A stretch of DNA of 64,000 bases from Vicugna vicugna (Eukaryota). A program made the translations under genes and the position numbers. The stretch is taken from positions 62,001-126,000 of the forward strand of contig MU058658.1 in assembly GCA_013265495.1 (NCBI GenBank). Reading direction: 5' to 3'. Under the pieces are notes generated by a model, which was not told the origin of the DNA, did no database searches, and worked only from the letters and a program-made list of their open reading frames with translations. The number at the start of each line of letters is the position of its first letter. Position 1 is the first letter of the stretch. Positions 38,260 through 50,493 of this stretch are shown here, one piece after another.

Positions 38260-38665
38260 TGTGAAACAGCAGCCAACACGAGTGTTTTCCAGGAACATCA
38301 GCCTCAGAAAAGGCCACTCAGCCACCTCGGTGGATCAAGGCACAGACAGAAGTGACCACAGTCCTCTCTCCTGGCCGGTACTGCTTCCCAGCCGATTCCA
38401 GCTCTCGCCTTCCTCCAGTGACCCTCCTCCAGGAGATTTATCAAGAAACTCAGTCATAGAAACACCCTGGCTTCCTGACGGCGCCCAATCTAGAAGAAAG
38501 CCCAGCTTCCCGAAGCTCTCCTCAGAATCCCCTAGCTCGAACCCAAGTCCTATCCTAGGCTGTTCCTAACGCGAGCTTGCGCACAGCTTCCTACCGCGTG
38601 CCGCCTCCCTCGTTTTAACCAACGTGTTCAGCCGCGGGCGTCTTCCCGCAACGACACTCCTTAAC
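38260..38665 (+). mobile_element. Old ERV-type LTR
   Basis: TG...CA bounded with LTR-like composition; family not assigned. Confidence 0.35.
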
Positions 38666-38719
38666 ATTCAGCACTACCAGCGTAAATACTTCTTTTTATC
38701 ACGCGCACTGTCTTAAGCT

Positions 38720-38855
38720 CTTTTTTTTTTTTTTTTTTTTGGTCGGGTAGATAATTAGGTTTGCGTATTTATTCTTAGAGGAGGCACTGGGGACCGAACC
38801 CAGGACCTCGTGCGTGCCAAGCACGTGCTCCGCCACTGAGCTGTACCCTCCCCCC
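38720..38855 (-). mobile_element. tRNA-derived SINE (CpG-rich copy)
   Basis: Long T tract; TSD TGTCTTA. Confidence 0.85.
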
Positions 38856-38859
38856 GTGT

Positions 38860-39460
38860 CTTAGCCGCTTGAGAACCGCGGCTGGCGAGGTGAGGGGGCC
38901 GCGGCTTTCTGCAAGGAAGCACCCAGGGGGCGAGTTCAGAGGCAGAAGCGCGCCGGCGCGGGCCCCGCGGGCCTGGGCGCCTGTGCTCCCCGCCTCCCCC
39001 TTCTCGAAGCCCCCGTGTCCCCCGCTCTGGGAGGTATTTCCCTCTTTGGGAGGAAAGGGGGGAACTGAACTACACCTGCAGCCAGAACGCTCTTCCTTTC
39101 CAGGACGGGCGGGGCCCTTCCCCGCCGAGGACTTGCGGCGGCGTCCCCGCCGCGCCCCCTGCCGGCAGCCGGCCTCCAGCGCCGCGAGCGCGCGTCCCGC
39201 CGCGAGGCCTCGGGAAGGCGCAGGCCCGCCCTGGGTCGGCCCCCTCGCAGAAGCGGCTGAGAGGGTGCGAGCTGATTCCGCAGGCGAGGGGCTCCGCCCC
39301 CGCCGTTCCTCCCACCTGCGCTCTTCTGGCCGGTCCGGGTCTGGGGGGAAGCCTCCCCGCTCACCTGAGCGCCCATCCCAGCCGTGGCCTGCTCGCCCCT
39401 GTCCCTTGCACCCTGGCAGGGCTCTTCCCCAGGACCCCAGCCCCCCATGGGTCTGCGCTC
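38860..39460. promoter_or_regulatory. Orphan CpG island
   Basis: About 600 bp of very high GC/CpG with GC boxes; no recognisable coding exon. Confidence 0.75.
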
Positions 39461-39524
39461 TTTCAAAGTACGTGCTTTTTTTTTTCTCTAAGATTTTCAT
39501 CCTTTGTTTATTTATGCATTACCA

Positions 39525-39646
39525 ACTTTTTTCCTTTGGGGGTAATTAGGTTCCTTTATTTATTTTTAATGGAGGTACTAGGGGTTGAACCTGGGACGTC
39601 CTGCTTGCTAAGCACGCGCTCTACCACCGAGCTATAACCTTCCCCC
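39525..39646 (-). mobile_element. tRNA-derived SINE
   Basis: GGAGGTACTAGGGGTTGAACC..CTCTACCACCGAGCTAT. Confidence 0.82.
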
Positions 39647-40244
39647 TGGTTTTTTGGGATTGCTGTCTTTCTTGAATCAGACAGGAACTTTTTTTTTTTA
39701 CTTTGATTTTATTTTTTATTGAAGTGTAGTTGATTTGCACTGTTCGTTGCAGGTGTTCAAAATAAATTTCTGGCATTTCCATCCTTTCAACGAGAGTACT
39801 TTGAAGGTTTGTACACCCGTGTCCATAGCAGCATTATTCACAAAAGCTAGACTGTGGAGGAGACCCAAGTGTCTGGCGAGTAATGAATAGGTAAACGAAA
39901 TGTGGTGTATCCACACAATGGGATATTATTCCATCTTAAAAACGAAGGGGATTTTGACATATGCACAACGTGACTGAACCTTGAGGTCATTATACTACGT
40001 GGAATAAACCGATCACAAAAGGACAGATACCCTACGATTCCACTTAACATGAGGTATCTAGCGTACCTGGAGTAGTCAAGTTCACACTCACAACATCTAA
40101 CATTGGTTTGATTGGTTCAAACATATTCAGACTTTCCCAAATGCCTCCTGACTCTTCGCCACTTCGATATCACCTCTGCTGAGAAGTCCTCCTAGATTTA
40201 CCCCCTGTAAAGGACATCTGCCTCTGTTATTTTCTGTTTTAGGG

Positions 40245-40395
40245 ATAGGCAAACACTATCTGTAAAGGGCCAGGCTGTAAACTTGGGGGGCTTTGTGGCC
40301 CACAGTTCTCTTGCTGTTGTAACAGGAAGGCAGCCGCAAACAATGTGGAAATGAACTGCCGTGGCTGTGTTTCAATAAAACTTTATTTATGGACA
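40245..40395 (+). mobile_element. MER58-like hAT element
   Basis: GGCAAAC..CTGTAAAGGGCCAG..GGCTGTGTTTCAATAAAACTTTATTTA. Confidence 0.65.
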
Positions 40396-40619
40396 CCGAA
40401 AAAAAGGATACATGGAAGATTAGCTCTGCTGTAGGACTTGCCCCTAGGTTGTGGGGGGGCACCCTGGGCAATAGGACAGGCTGCCCAGGTGAAGCTCACA
40501 TTATAGGACAGGAAGACAGATCATTATTAGCACGTGACCCGATTTTCAAAACTTACTCCAGATATGGGCACATGCTCTGAAGAAAACGAAGCAAGGTGAT
40601 ATTTTAAAGAGTCAATATG

Positions 40620-40760
40620 TGGTGGGTGGTATATAGCTCAGTGGTAGAGTGCATACCTAGCATGCATGAGGCCCTGGGTTCAATCCCCCGTACCTCCATT
40701 AAAAATAAATGAATAAACCTCCTCCCCACCCAAAAAAATCACTACGCATTTTTTTTCTTA
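40620..40760 (+). mobile_element. tRNA-derived SINE
   Basis: TATAGCTCAGTGGTAGAG..GGTTCAATCCCC. Confidence 0.85.
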
Positions 40761-40774
40761 AAGAGTGAGTAAAA

Positions 40775-41045
40775 GTCATAGAAAACAAACTTATGGTTAC
40801 CAAGAGGGAACGGGGGTGGGAAGGGATACATTGGGAGTTCGAGGTTTACAGATACTAACTACTGTATATAAATTAGACTAACAAGTTTATACTGTACAGC
40901 ACAGGGAACTATATCCAGTATCTTGTAGTAACCCATAGTGAAAAAGAATATGAAAACAAATATATGTATGTATATGTATGACTGCAAGATTAAGCTGGAC
41001 ACTGGAAATCAACACATTGTAACTGACTATACTTCCATTTTTTTA
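40775..41045 (+). mobile_element. L1 3'UTR fragment
   Basis: CATAGAAAACAAACTTATGGTTACC..CTGACTATACTTC. Confidence 0.8.
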
Positions 41046-41724
41046 AAAACTGAGACAAAAAGAGTGAATATGAAGACGAAAGCTTTTGCTTCCTTAATTT
41101 TAAGGGCCCCGGGATTCTCCATTTTTAACAACTGTCCTCCTCCAGCAACGTGCTCTGAGGCATGTGGTCTCTGGGCCCCACTTTGAGAAACACAGGCTGA
41201 AAGGCGTCAGCTCTGGTGCTAAGCACTTCACAAGAGGATTTGCTTTAAGCCCACGCCAACCTCATGACCAAGGAATGCTTGTAATTGGTGTTCTAGAAGA
41301 GGAACCTGGGGCTTGAAGAGGCAAAGCAACATGCTGAGTTTCTTTTTGTCTTTTTGTCTGAAACAATCCTGCCTTTATTTCTATTACAAAGTGCAATTTA
41401 TCTGCCCTTCTGTAATTGTGGGGGTTTTCCTTTCTTAAACTTACTGTTTTATTGACATACAGTTGATTTACAATGTTGTATTAGTTTCAAGTGTACAGAA
41501 TAGTGATTCAGTGATACATATACTATGTGTGTCTATATATATATATTCTTTGTCAGATTCTTTTCCATTATAGGTTATTACAAGACACTGAATATAGTTC
41601 CCTGTGGTATATCATATACATATACTGCTATACAGTATATCCTAGTTGTTTGTCTAGTTTATAGTGATATGTACCTATTACTCCTAAACTTACACATATG
41701 TGAAATGTTTTTGTATATATGCAT

Positions 41725-41822
41725 CTTCTTCTTATTTTTTTTCTTAGTAGACGTACTGGGGATTGAACCCAGAACCTCGTGCACGGTAAGCAGATGCTCT
41801 ACCACTGAGCTACACCTTCCCC
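41725..41822 (-). mobile_element. tRNA-derived SINE
   Basis: GTACTGGGGATTGAACCCAG..CTCTACCACTGAGCTAC. Confidence 0.8.
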
Positions 41823-42758
41823 GCTACATGTCCACATTTTTTATGTCCCTATAAGATGCAGAAACCAGATGAGCTGCCTCAATGTGGGGGAGGGGGGTTA
41901 GATCAGCATCTCAATCTCACCTGCCCTGCTCTGTCCTTTCCCTTTCTTCACATTAGTTCCCTCTTTCCTCCAGTGCATTTGTTTCCCTCCCCTCCCCTTT
42001 AAGGGAAAACAGGACCAGAAAACCAGCAACGTTCCTTTTCTTCCCATTTATTTTGTTTCCCTCCATGTCTGTCTCTCTCCTCTCTCTCCCTCTTTCTAGC
42101 AGAAACCTCAGAAGCAGCGGGCTGCAGAGGGCTGAGGAAACCGTGGTGCTTTCCCAGCGGCAGGTCCACGGACCTCGGAGCGACGTGCTCAGGCTGGTGG
42201 CATGATGGCCCCTGCAGATTAAAGAACTCTCCCCAGCTACAGAAGCATCCAAAGTCTAAAGGAAACCATTTTCTCCAGTGTTACCGGTTTTAGGAGTAAG
42301 AAAAACCTTCTCAGAAGACCCCTCAGCAGGCACAACCTCATGTCCCGTTGGCCAGATCTAGGTCACCCCAATCCAGTCATTAGCCAGGAGACTGGGACCT
42401 CCGTGAGTGGACTAGACCCAGCAGAACTCCCTTAGCTGGGGCTGGGGTCACACTTCCACAACTGAGGTTCTTACAAGCCTGATTCCCTTTCATCACTCGA
42501 GCCTCAGCGCCAGTGTCACCTCCTCCGAGAAGCCTTCCATGAACACCCTATGCAGATTAATCTTGCCAGGCACTGGCTCTCTCACCAAATTATTATCTGT
42601 TCCTCAGGGCACGTATCACGATTGTAAACCATGTTGCTCACTTTTGTTTTCTAGCAGGTAGATACCATCTTTACTGACATTTAACAGGTAAGGAAAACAG
42701 AGGCATCTTCTCCCATTAGGGGTCGGTGCCGAGCGTGCACAGACATGGAGGTTACCAT

Positions 42759-43172
42759 TGTCCACAGAAATCTCCAATAAACAATCCATCGTAGGAAGAG
42801 AGAAGAGTTTTATCTGAGCCAGACTGAAGACTATCGCCCGAGACACGGACGCAGGAAGCATTTGAATTGTGTTCGACTAGACTACCAAATGGGGGCGCCT
42901 TTTGTAAACCCACAGCATCATACAAGTTGTTGGTCAAGAATTATAAGTAGAGCTGGTAAGAATAAAGGGGGCTTGTTAGGCAAGTGTTGATCAGGTCCAA
43001 AATGGTTGTGTAGTTTCAAGAAGAAACCTGGAGACCGTATGGTGGCAGCTAGCAGATACTTGGAGAGCAGCTGGTGGTGAAGCTAAATCATGTATAAGCC
43101 GGAATGACTCCCCCACCCATGCCTCAATAGGCGAAAATTTCTTCTGTCGCTGTTTTGGCTTCCTTCCCATCA
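42759..43172 (-). mobile_element. ERV-type LTR
   Basis: TG...CA bounded; TTTTATCTGAGCC reversed polyA-signal region; no TSD confirmed. Confidence 0.45.
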
Positions 43173-43544
43173 TTTGCCTGTGTTCCCCTAAACTGTGATT
43201 ACAGTATGCCCTTGGTTCTTTTTAATTATAAATCTGACACATACTTAAGATTAAGCAAGAGTTAAAAAGGCAAATGCCCACAGGCAGGGCCTATGAGGCG
43301 CCATAAGGCACAGCTGGTCTCGTACAGTTGGTGGCAGCCCTGGTAGGGTGGGTTAGTGCCCTACCGGCAGTCGTGTATTTTGAACGTCTTCTTGCCCAGC
43401 AGGCTTTGGCACAAGGATGGGAGTGGAGGTGGCAGAGGTGACAGAGAGGGTGGGTGGGGGCGTGGAGGAAATTAATTCCTGAGTGTATGTGGGGTCTCTC
43501 CACCTGGGCACTATGACTTTTTTAGGGTTTTTTTTTTTTTTGCT

Positions 43545-43862
43545 TTTTTTCTTAATTGAAATATGGTCAGTTTACAATGTTGTGTCAATCTCTGGTGTAC
43601 AGCACAATGCTTCAGTCATACATGAATGTACATATATTGGTTTTCGTATTATTTTTCATCATAAGCTACTACAAGGTATCGAATATACTTCCCTGTGCCA
43701 TACAGTATAAACTTGTTCATCTATTTTATATATACCAGTCAGAATCTGCAAATCTTGTACTCCCAATTTATCCCTTCCCACCCACGTCCCCCCTGGTAAC
43801 CACATGTTTGCTCTCCATGTCTGTGAGTCCGTCTCTGTTTTGTAAACAAGTTCAATTTTTTT
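43545..43862 (-). mobile_element. L1 3'UTR fragment
   Basis: TTAATTGAAATATGGTCAGTTTACAATGTTGTG and following sequence. Confidence 0.8.
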
Positions 43863-44324
43863 TTCACTATGATGTTTGAAGTTGGATAAGCCTTCATCCT
43901 AGGAGGATGTTCTGTGTTCTAGCCTTCACCCCCCACCCCGATGCCTGCCTCTTGTGACAACCAAAATGTGTCCAGACAGCCCCAGATGTCCCCTGGGAGG
44001 CAGAATCCCCTCGGGTTGAGAACCACTGCTCCAAATCAGTGGACTCAGATGAACATGCATCAGAGCCGCCCGGGGCTGGTGCGGGGGAGTCTGCAAGCGA
44101 ATGCGGAGCCCCACATCTAGAGCTGCCAGTTCAGAAGGTCTGGGACCCCTACCTGGAGACGTCCCTGCTCTGAATAAGCAAGATTCCTTTCTTTTTCTTC
44201 TTCTAATTTTTTTAAAATAAAGATTTCTTTCTTAATGCAGGGAAGTATTTAAATTATCAACCTATGGGGATTAGTTAAGAGCCGAGTAGGACACTTGCAT
44301 TTTGTTAAGCCTTTATTTTCACTT

Positions 44325-45500
44325 ATTTTTTTAATTGAAATACAGTCGGTTATAATGTGTCAGTTTCTGGTGTGCAGCACAATGTCCTAGTCATGCATAT
44401 ACATACGTATATTCATTTTCATATTTTGTCCATTAACGGTTATTACAAGATATTGAACATAGTTCTCTGTGCTATACAGCAGAAATTTTTTTAAACCTAT
44501 TTTTGTATATAGTGGCTAACATTTGTAAATCTCAAACTCCCAAATTTATCCCTTCTCGCCCCTTTGATGGTTTACTATGTCTGCAAGTCTATTTCTGTTT
44601 TGTAGATGAGTTCATAGTGTCCTTTTTTTTTTAGATTCCATACACAAGTGATATCATATGGTATTTTTCTTTCTCTTACTTCACTTAGAATGAGAATCTC
44701 CAAGTCCATCCATGTTGCTGCAAATGGCGTTATTTTATTCTTTTCCATGGCTGAGTAGTATTCCATTGTATAAATATACCACATCTTCTTTATCCAGTCA
44801 TCTGTCGATGGACATTTAGGTTGTTTCCATGTCTTGGTTATTGCATATAGTGCTGCTATGAACACTGGGGTGCACGTATCTTTTCACATTAGAGTTTCCT
44901 CAGGACATACACTCAGAAGTGGGATTGCTGGATCATATGGTAAGTCTATTTTTAGTCATTTGAGGAATCTCCATACTGTTTTCCACAGTGGCTGCACCAA
45001 ACTACATTCCCACCAGCAGTGTAGGAGGGGTCCCTTTTCTCCACACCGTCTCTAGCATTTATCGTTCATGCACTTTTGAATGTTGGCCGTGCTGACTGCT
45101 GTGAGATGATACCTCATTGTAGCTTTGATTTGCATTTCTCTGATAATTAGCAATATTGAGCATTTTTTCATGTGCCTACTGGCCATTCATATGTCTTCAT
45201 TGAAAATTTTCTTATTTAGGTCTTCTGCCCATTTTTGGATTGGGTTGTTTGTTTTTTTATTATTAAGATGTATGAGCTGTTTATATATTCTGGAAATTAA
45301 GCCTTTGTCAGCCATATCATTTGCAAATATTTCCTCCCATTCCGTAGGATGTCGTTTTGTTTTGCTTATGGTTTCCTTTGCTGTGAAAACGCTTATAAGT
45401 TTAATTAGGTCCCATTTGTTTATTTTGGAGTTTTTTTCCCCCATTGCCTGGGTAGTCTGCTCTAGGAGAACATTGCTAGGATTTATGTCAGAGAATGTTT
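44325..45500 (-). mobile_element. L1 3' ~1.2 kb (ORF2 C-terminus + 3'UTR)
   Basis: [69 protein letters not shown]. Confidence 0.92.
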
Positions 45501-45657
45501 TTTCTAAAGCTTTAATGTGTGTGCAGTTTGCAAGAGAACAAGTCTGCATTCCTGAACACACAAACGCCTCCCCTGATTATTTTATTTCATTTTATTTTAT
45601 CTTACTTGCCTTTACATGTGTTAGGTGTCCATGAATTTCTGCGGCAGCTGCTGTGCG

Positions 45658-45676
45658 TGGCCACTAGGTGGTGCTA
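45658..45676 (+). promoter_or_regulatory. CTCF motif
   Basis: TGGCCACTAGGTGGTGCTA, in non-repeat sequence. Confidence 0.7.
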
Positions 45677-46207
45677 GAAGGCAAGTAATAAATTGGTCTT
45701 TTACAAGTCCGTCTGCGACAGAAATTGACGCTCTCGTTTGGGGTTGCTTTTCAAACCGTGGGCTCTTCTCCTTGTTAAATCAAGAAGCCCCACAAGTTAG
45801 ACACGCCAATACCACCATCCCAAAGTTCTCCATATTATTCTTTAAGTAGGTGCACTTGACAAACAAACGCGTTTTAAAAGGTACATCACTCTCAATGGAG
45901 AACTGCAGCACATGCGATAAATACACGATAATAGTGAGAGACAGACAGACAGGAAGGAAGCAGAGACAGAGAGGGCCTCTGGTGTCTCTTATGAGGACAC
46001 ATCCTATCAGATCAGAGCCCCACCTTTATAACCTCATTTAACCTCAGTCACCTCCATAAAGGCTCCAAGTGTGGCCACACTGAGGACACATTTCAGCATT
46101 TAAATTGCAGGGGAGGGGGAAGTGACACAATTTAGTCCACAGCAAATACCAACATAGATGACTACTGGTCTGTCGTGCGGCGAGCAGAACTAGCTTGGAC
46201 TCGATAA

Positions 46208-46785
46208 TGTGCTCACAGTGACAGACCAGTAAATCAGCAGAGAAGGTGCTGGGGCAAAGAATATGACTTTATTGGGAAAGCTGGCAGACCTAGAAAATGG
46301 CAGGCTAATGTCCTGGAGAACCATCTTCCCCAAGTCAGAATTCAGGCTCCTTTTATACTAAAAAGGGGAAGGGTTGTGTTAAGTTGTTGCAAACTTCTTG
46401 GTGTAGGAATTCTTTGTTCTTGGCATTCTTTGTTCCTCCAGCTGTCCACGTAGGTCAGGTCATGGTGTCCCTGTAAACCTCCAACAAGACACATGTTTTC
46501 TTCTATTCTGAAGCTTTTTTTCCCCCAAGACTGAAGAGTTGTGTTTTATTTGGCGGACAGTTTTGAGGACTGTTCTGCAACTTGTTATGTCTGTATGAAT
46601 GGGAAATTGGTATACCCTTAAAGATCAGAGCCTTGAGAATGGGCTCTCCTGTATATTTCTGGCTCTGAGCAACAATCTTTTACCAAAGGTGCAGAACCAG
46701 CACGACCAAGCCCAGGAAGCAGAGCACAGGGTTAGAGCCAAGGGAACAGATCTAACGTGGAGCCCGATTTGTTCTTCCTACTACA
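46208..46785 (-). mobile_element. ERV LTR, family B copy 1
   Basis: Reverse-complement homology to 46974-47512 (e.g. GGAACAGATCTAACGTGGAGCCCGATTTGTTCTT); ends ..CTACA. Confidence 0.8.
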
Positions 46786-46973
46786 GTAGGAGAGGGCACA
46801 GGAAGTGTCTGTAACAGAACTCCTCAGCACTAGGAACATTTGGAGCCAGATGCTCTTTGCCGCGGGGAGCTGTCCTGTGCATTGTGGAGTATTTAGCAAC
46901 ATCCTTGCCTCTAACTAAACACCAGTGGCACCTGCTCCCAGTTGTGAGCACCAAAGATGTCCCCGGGCATTGC

Positions 46974-47512
46974 TGTGAAAGAGAAGAACAAATCGGGCTC
47001 CACGTTAGATCTGTTCCTGTGGCTTTAACCCTGTGCCCTGTTTCTAGGCTTAGTCTTGCTGGCTTTGCCCCTTTTGTAAAAGAAAGTTGCCTAGAGCCGG
47101 AAATAGACAGGAGAGCCTGTTCTCAAGCCTCTGACCTTTAAGGGTATTAACACTTTCGCACTCAAATAAAGGTAACAAGTTGCAGAATAGAAAATAATGT
47201 TTGTTTTGTTGGAGGTTTACAGGGACACCATGACCTGACCCACATGGACAGTTGCAAGAACAAAGGATTCCAAGAACAAAGAATTCCTACACCACGAAGT
47301 TTGCAACAACCAACCAACCAACCGCCTCCCTTTTCTAGTATAAAAGGAGCCTGAATTCTGACTTGAGGAAGATGTTTCTCCGGGACATTAGCCTGCCATC
47401 TTCTAGGTCTGCTGGCTTTCTGAATAAAGTCGCTATTCCTTGCCCCAACACCTCATCTCCCGATTTATTGGTCTGTCATGCGGCGAACAGAACGAGTTTG
47501 GACTCAGTAATA
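46974..47512 (+). mobile_element. ERV solo LTR, family B copy 2, nested in MER20
   Basis: TG start; TATAAAA and AATAAA; TSD TTGC/TTGT; MER20 halves at ~46815-46973 and 47513-47555. Confidence 0.82.
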
Positions 47513-48934
47513 TTGTCAAGCATCCCCTGGAAGCAAAACCACCCCAACTGAGAAGAAACGCCTTGCACGATTTAGCCCTGTTTATGTCTTCATCCTTACC
47601 CCGGCTCACCATCCCTCAACTCCACTCGCGTCCCTCAGGCCTCCCTGCTGTGCTCATCTGAAGGCTTTTCCCTTGCTGTTCTCTCTGCCTCCAACACTCT
47701 TCTCCAGGATCTTTACCTGGCTCACCTCCGCCACACCCAGGATTTTGCTGGGTGAGGACTTCATTGGCTATTTCACATGTAGAACCTCGCCCCTGACTGG
47801 TCACTTTTATCCCCTCTATACTTCTTATCATTGAACGTGATATTGTGTGAGGGAGTTAGCTCCTGGATTTCCAGGCTTTGATGTGCCTCTTCCATAAAAC
47901 GTGAACACCTTGAGGAAAATGAATTTGCTGCTCATTCACCACGGTATCCCCTATGCCCGGAACAGTGCCTGGTACATGGTGAGTACCCAACAGCTGTTTT
48001 TCAAATGGATTAATGAAAATTTCTCACTGGGGAGTGTTGGGTGAGATCCAAAGTTCATAGGAAACTTACTTGCAGGGCATAACTATACTTTAAAACTGTA
48101 AAGTTGATGAGATTCTATGAAATGTATTCATTGATACATTGCATAGATCTCAATTGATCTTAATGTTGTTTAATTTTTATAAATAACATATATCACTTGT
48201 AATTTTAAAATCTTTTGTCAAAATAAGTATTTAAACCAGAGTTGCTATCCACTATGTTCTCTGACAGAGTTCTCATCTGTAAGGCCAAAAGTATTTGAAT
48301 AATAGCACTAGGATATTTTATGCCTTTTTTACTTTTATTCTCTCATAATTGTATGTTGGCGTTTTCTAGCAGCTACATGGTAAGTGATACCACAACAGAC
48401 TGAATGCAGAATTGGAGACAAGATTTCAGCTGTCTTCTATTAACTCAGACATTAAATAGACTGGCAAAAAAAAAGTAACACAATGCAACTCTTCTCATTG
48501 AAATAATTTTTGGTTTTAGAAGAAATAATTATTTTCCAAAAAATCAAATTACCTATGTTAACATAGAATGGGTTTGTGATCGTCATTTTTCAAAGAATCA
48601 ATATATATTTTTAAACTGCATAAGAAGTTTAATATGGAAAAAATAGACAGCTTCAATCCACAAAACAAGAGCCTTTGGGAGCCCTCAACAATTGTTAAGA
48701 CTGGAAAGGAGTATTGAGAACAAAACATTTGAGAAGTACTGATTTAATTAATAAACTTATTTTATGTGGAATTTCCCTCTATTCCTATGCCGCAGACATC
48801 TTAAATTCTCCTCCACTCACCCTCTAGGTGGCATCAGTCCTTCACTATATGTATTTCTCTTTTGCTGACCCTAACATTTATACGTCCAACACAAACCTGC
48901 CCCTTTAACTCCATACTCAAAAAATTCAAACGTT

Positions 48935-49330
48935 TCAAATAGACTTCAAAACAAAGACTATAACAAGAGAACAAAGAAAGTCATTACATAATGATAAAAG
49001 GATCAATCAAAAAGAAGATACAACAATTGTAAACATATATGCACCCAACATAGAGGCACCTAAGTACATAGGGCAAATTTTAACAGACATAAAGGGAGAA
49101 ATTGGCATTACCACAGTAATAGGAGACTTCAACACCCCACTTAAATCAGTGGACAGATCATCCGGAGAGAAAAATCAATAAGGAAACAATAGTCTTAAAT
49201 GACACATTAGACCCGATGTACTTATTAGATACATAAAGAACATTCCATCCAAAAGCAGTGGAATTCACATTTTTTTCAACACACGTGGAACATTCTCCTG
49301 TATAGATTACATGCTAGGCCACAAAACAAT
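48935..49330 (+). mobile_element. L1 ORF2 endonuclease-domain fragment
   Basis: Degenerate HYIMIKGSI..EDTTIVNIYAPN..GDFNTPL..DRSS..RIDYMLGHK. Confidence 0.85.
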
Positions 49331-50089
49331 AATGGCTGAGAGATGAAAAGGAACTAGCCTATGTGAAATTATTTCAGGCACAACTAGCAAGGACAAGGTC
49401 ATGGGGTCGGGAAAGAGCTTGGTGTGTTCAAGCAATGGAAAGAGGCCTCAGCATTAAAGTAATTGCTTCCAATAGGACTTGCCTGCCCAGCCAAGCTACA
49501 CCTGCCCACCCTCCAGACATCACCCAGTTCCTAATCCCATTTTATTTGTTTATAGCACATATTTCATGCTGAAATTCTCTTATCCCGTTGCTTCAGTAGT
49601 ACCTCTCTCCCCTGTTGGACTCTGAGCTCCGAGAGACCTTATCTGGTTTGCATATCTTCAGCTCAGAATATGCACACAGTAAACATTTTTGAATAACTGA
49701 ACAGCAAATGAATAAATTCTTAAATGAAAAGAAACTTTAAGTTACAATGAAGGGCTGAAAATCTGGGACCAGACCACTTGAGGTTGAATTCTGACCCTAC
49801 TACTTCTAGCTTTAAGAGTTTGGGCAAGTTCCTTTAACTCTCTCTGCATCTTTATCTGCATGTAAGTATTTGTACGTATTCTATAGAGTTTCTGCGTAAG
49901 TCTAAGAAAAATGACCAGCAGCAGTAAATGGTCTAAAAATAAAAGCCTGGATTTCTTCCCCATCCCCCTCTGGGCTGGCATTTTCCACGTTCCCCGCCCC
50001 CGCCTGCCACACCTGAGCCTATGCGCCCTGGTCACTTAGCAGTCAGAGCAAGCTTCTAGCCCTACAGGCCCAAGGAGACCCGAGCAGGG

Positions 50090-50220
50090 TACCACGCAGG
50101 CGCAGTGTGAGGAGCGCAGAAAAACTACTTTCCCAGGAGGCTCCGGGGTAGCAGCACCGGAAGGGGCGGGGTCTCGGCTGTATTTCCTGGGGTTCCCCGG
50201 AAGTGGAAGTCGGGCTGTGG
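50090..50220 (+). promoter_or_regulatory. Candidate USP29 promoter (NRF1 / ZNF143-SBS / ETS / GC box)
   Basis: CGCAGGCGCA 50095-50104; ACTACTTTCCCAGGAGGC 50124-50141; CCGGAAG 50157-50163; GGGGCGGGG 50163-50171; CCGGAAGTGGAAGT 50197-50210; about 5 kb upstream of the USP29 ATG. Confidence 0.65.
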
Positions 50221-50461
50221 GGAGTATCCCTTTAGGTGCAGAAGGAGAGTTTTTAATCTCAGTCATGATAAGTTTCTTTATAAAAATGTTAAAATTAAAA
50301 GTGGAGTGCAATAGAAACAGTAAAAACAATACCCTATGGTCAAGCACAGTGACTACAAGAACTGTAAAATGGTCTTTTTGAACCTATTCACATTTATTAT
50401 GCAAGTTACACATAGTGAAAACACAGGAGTTACATCTGTGCATGCATGTGTGCAGTGGAGT

Positions 50462-50493
<32 letters not shown>

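Noticed and set aside
38775..39549. Overlapping 176-241 aa ORFs on both strands
   Set aside because: Stop-codon depletion in a CpG island; low-complexity Arg/Pro/Gly/Ala; one runs into a SINE.
45187..45561. L1 ORF2-like ORF as an active retrotransposon
   Set aside because: 5'-truncated ~1.2 kb copy with no RT or EN domain.
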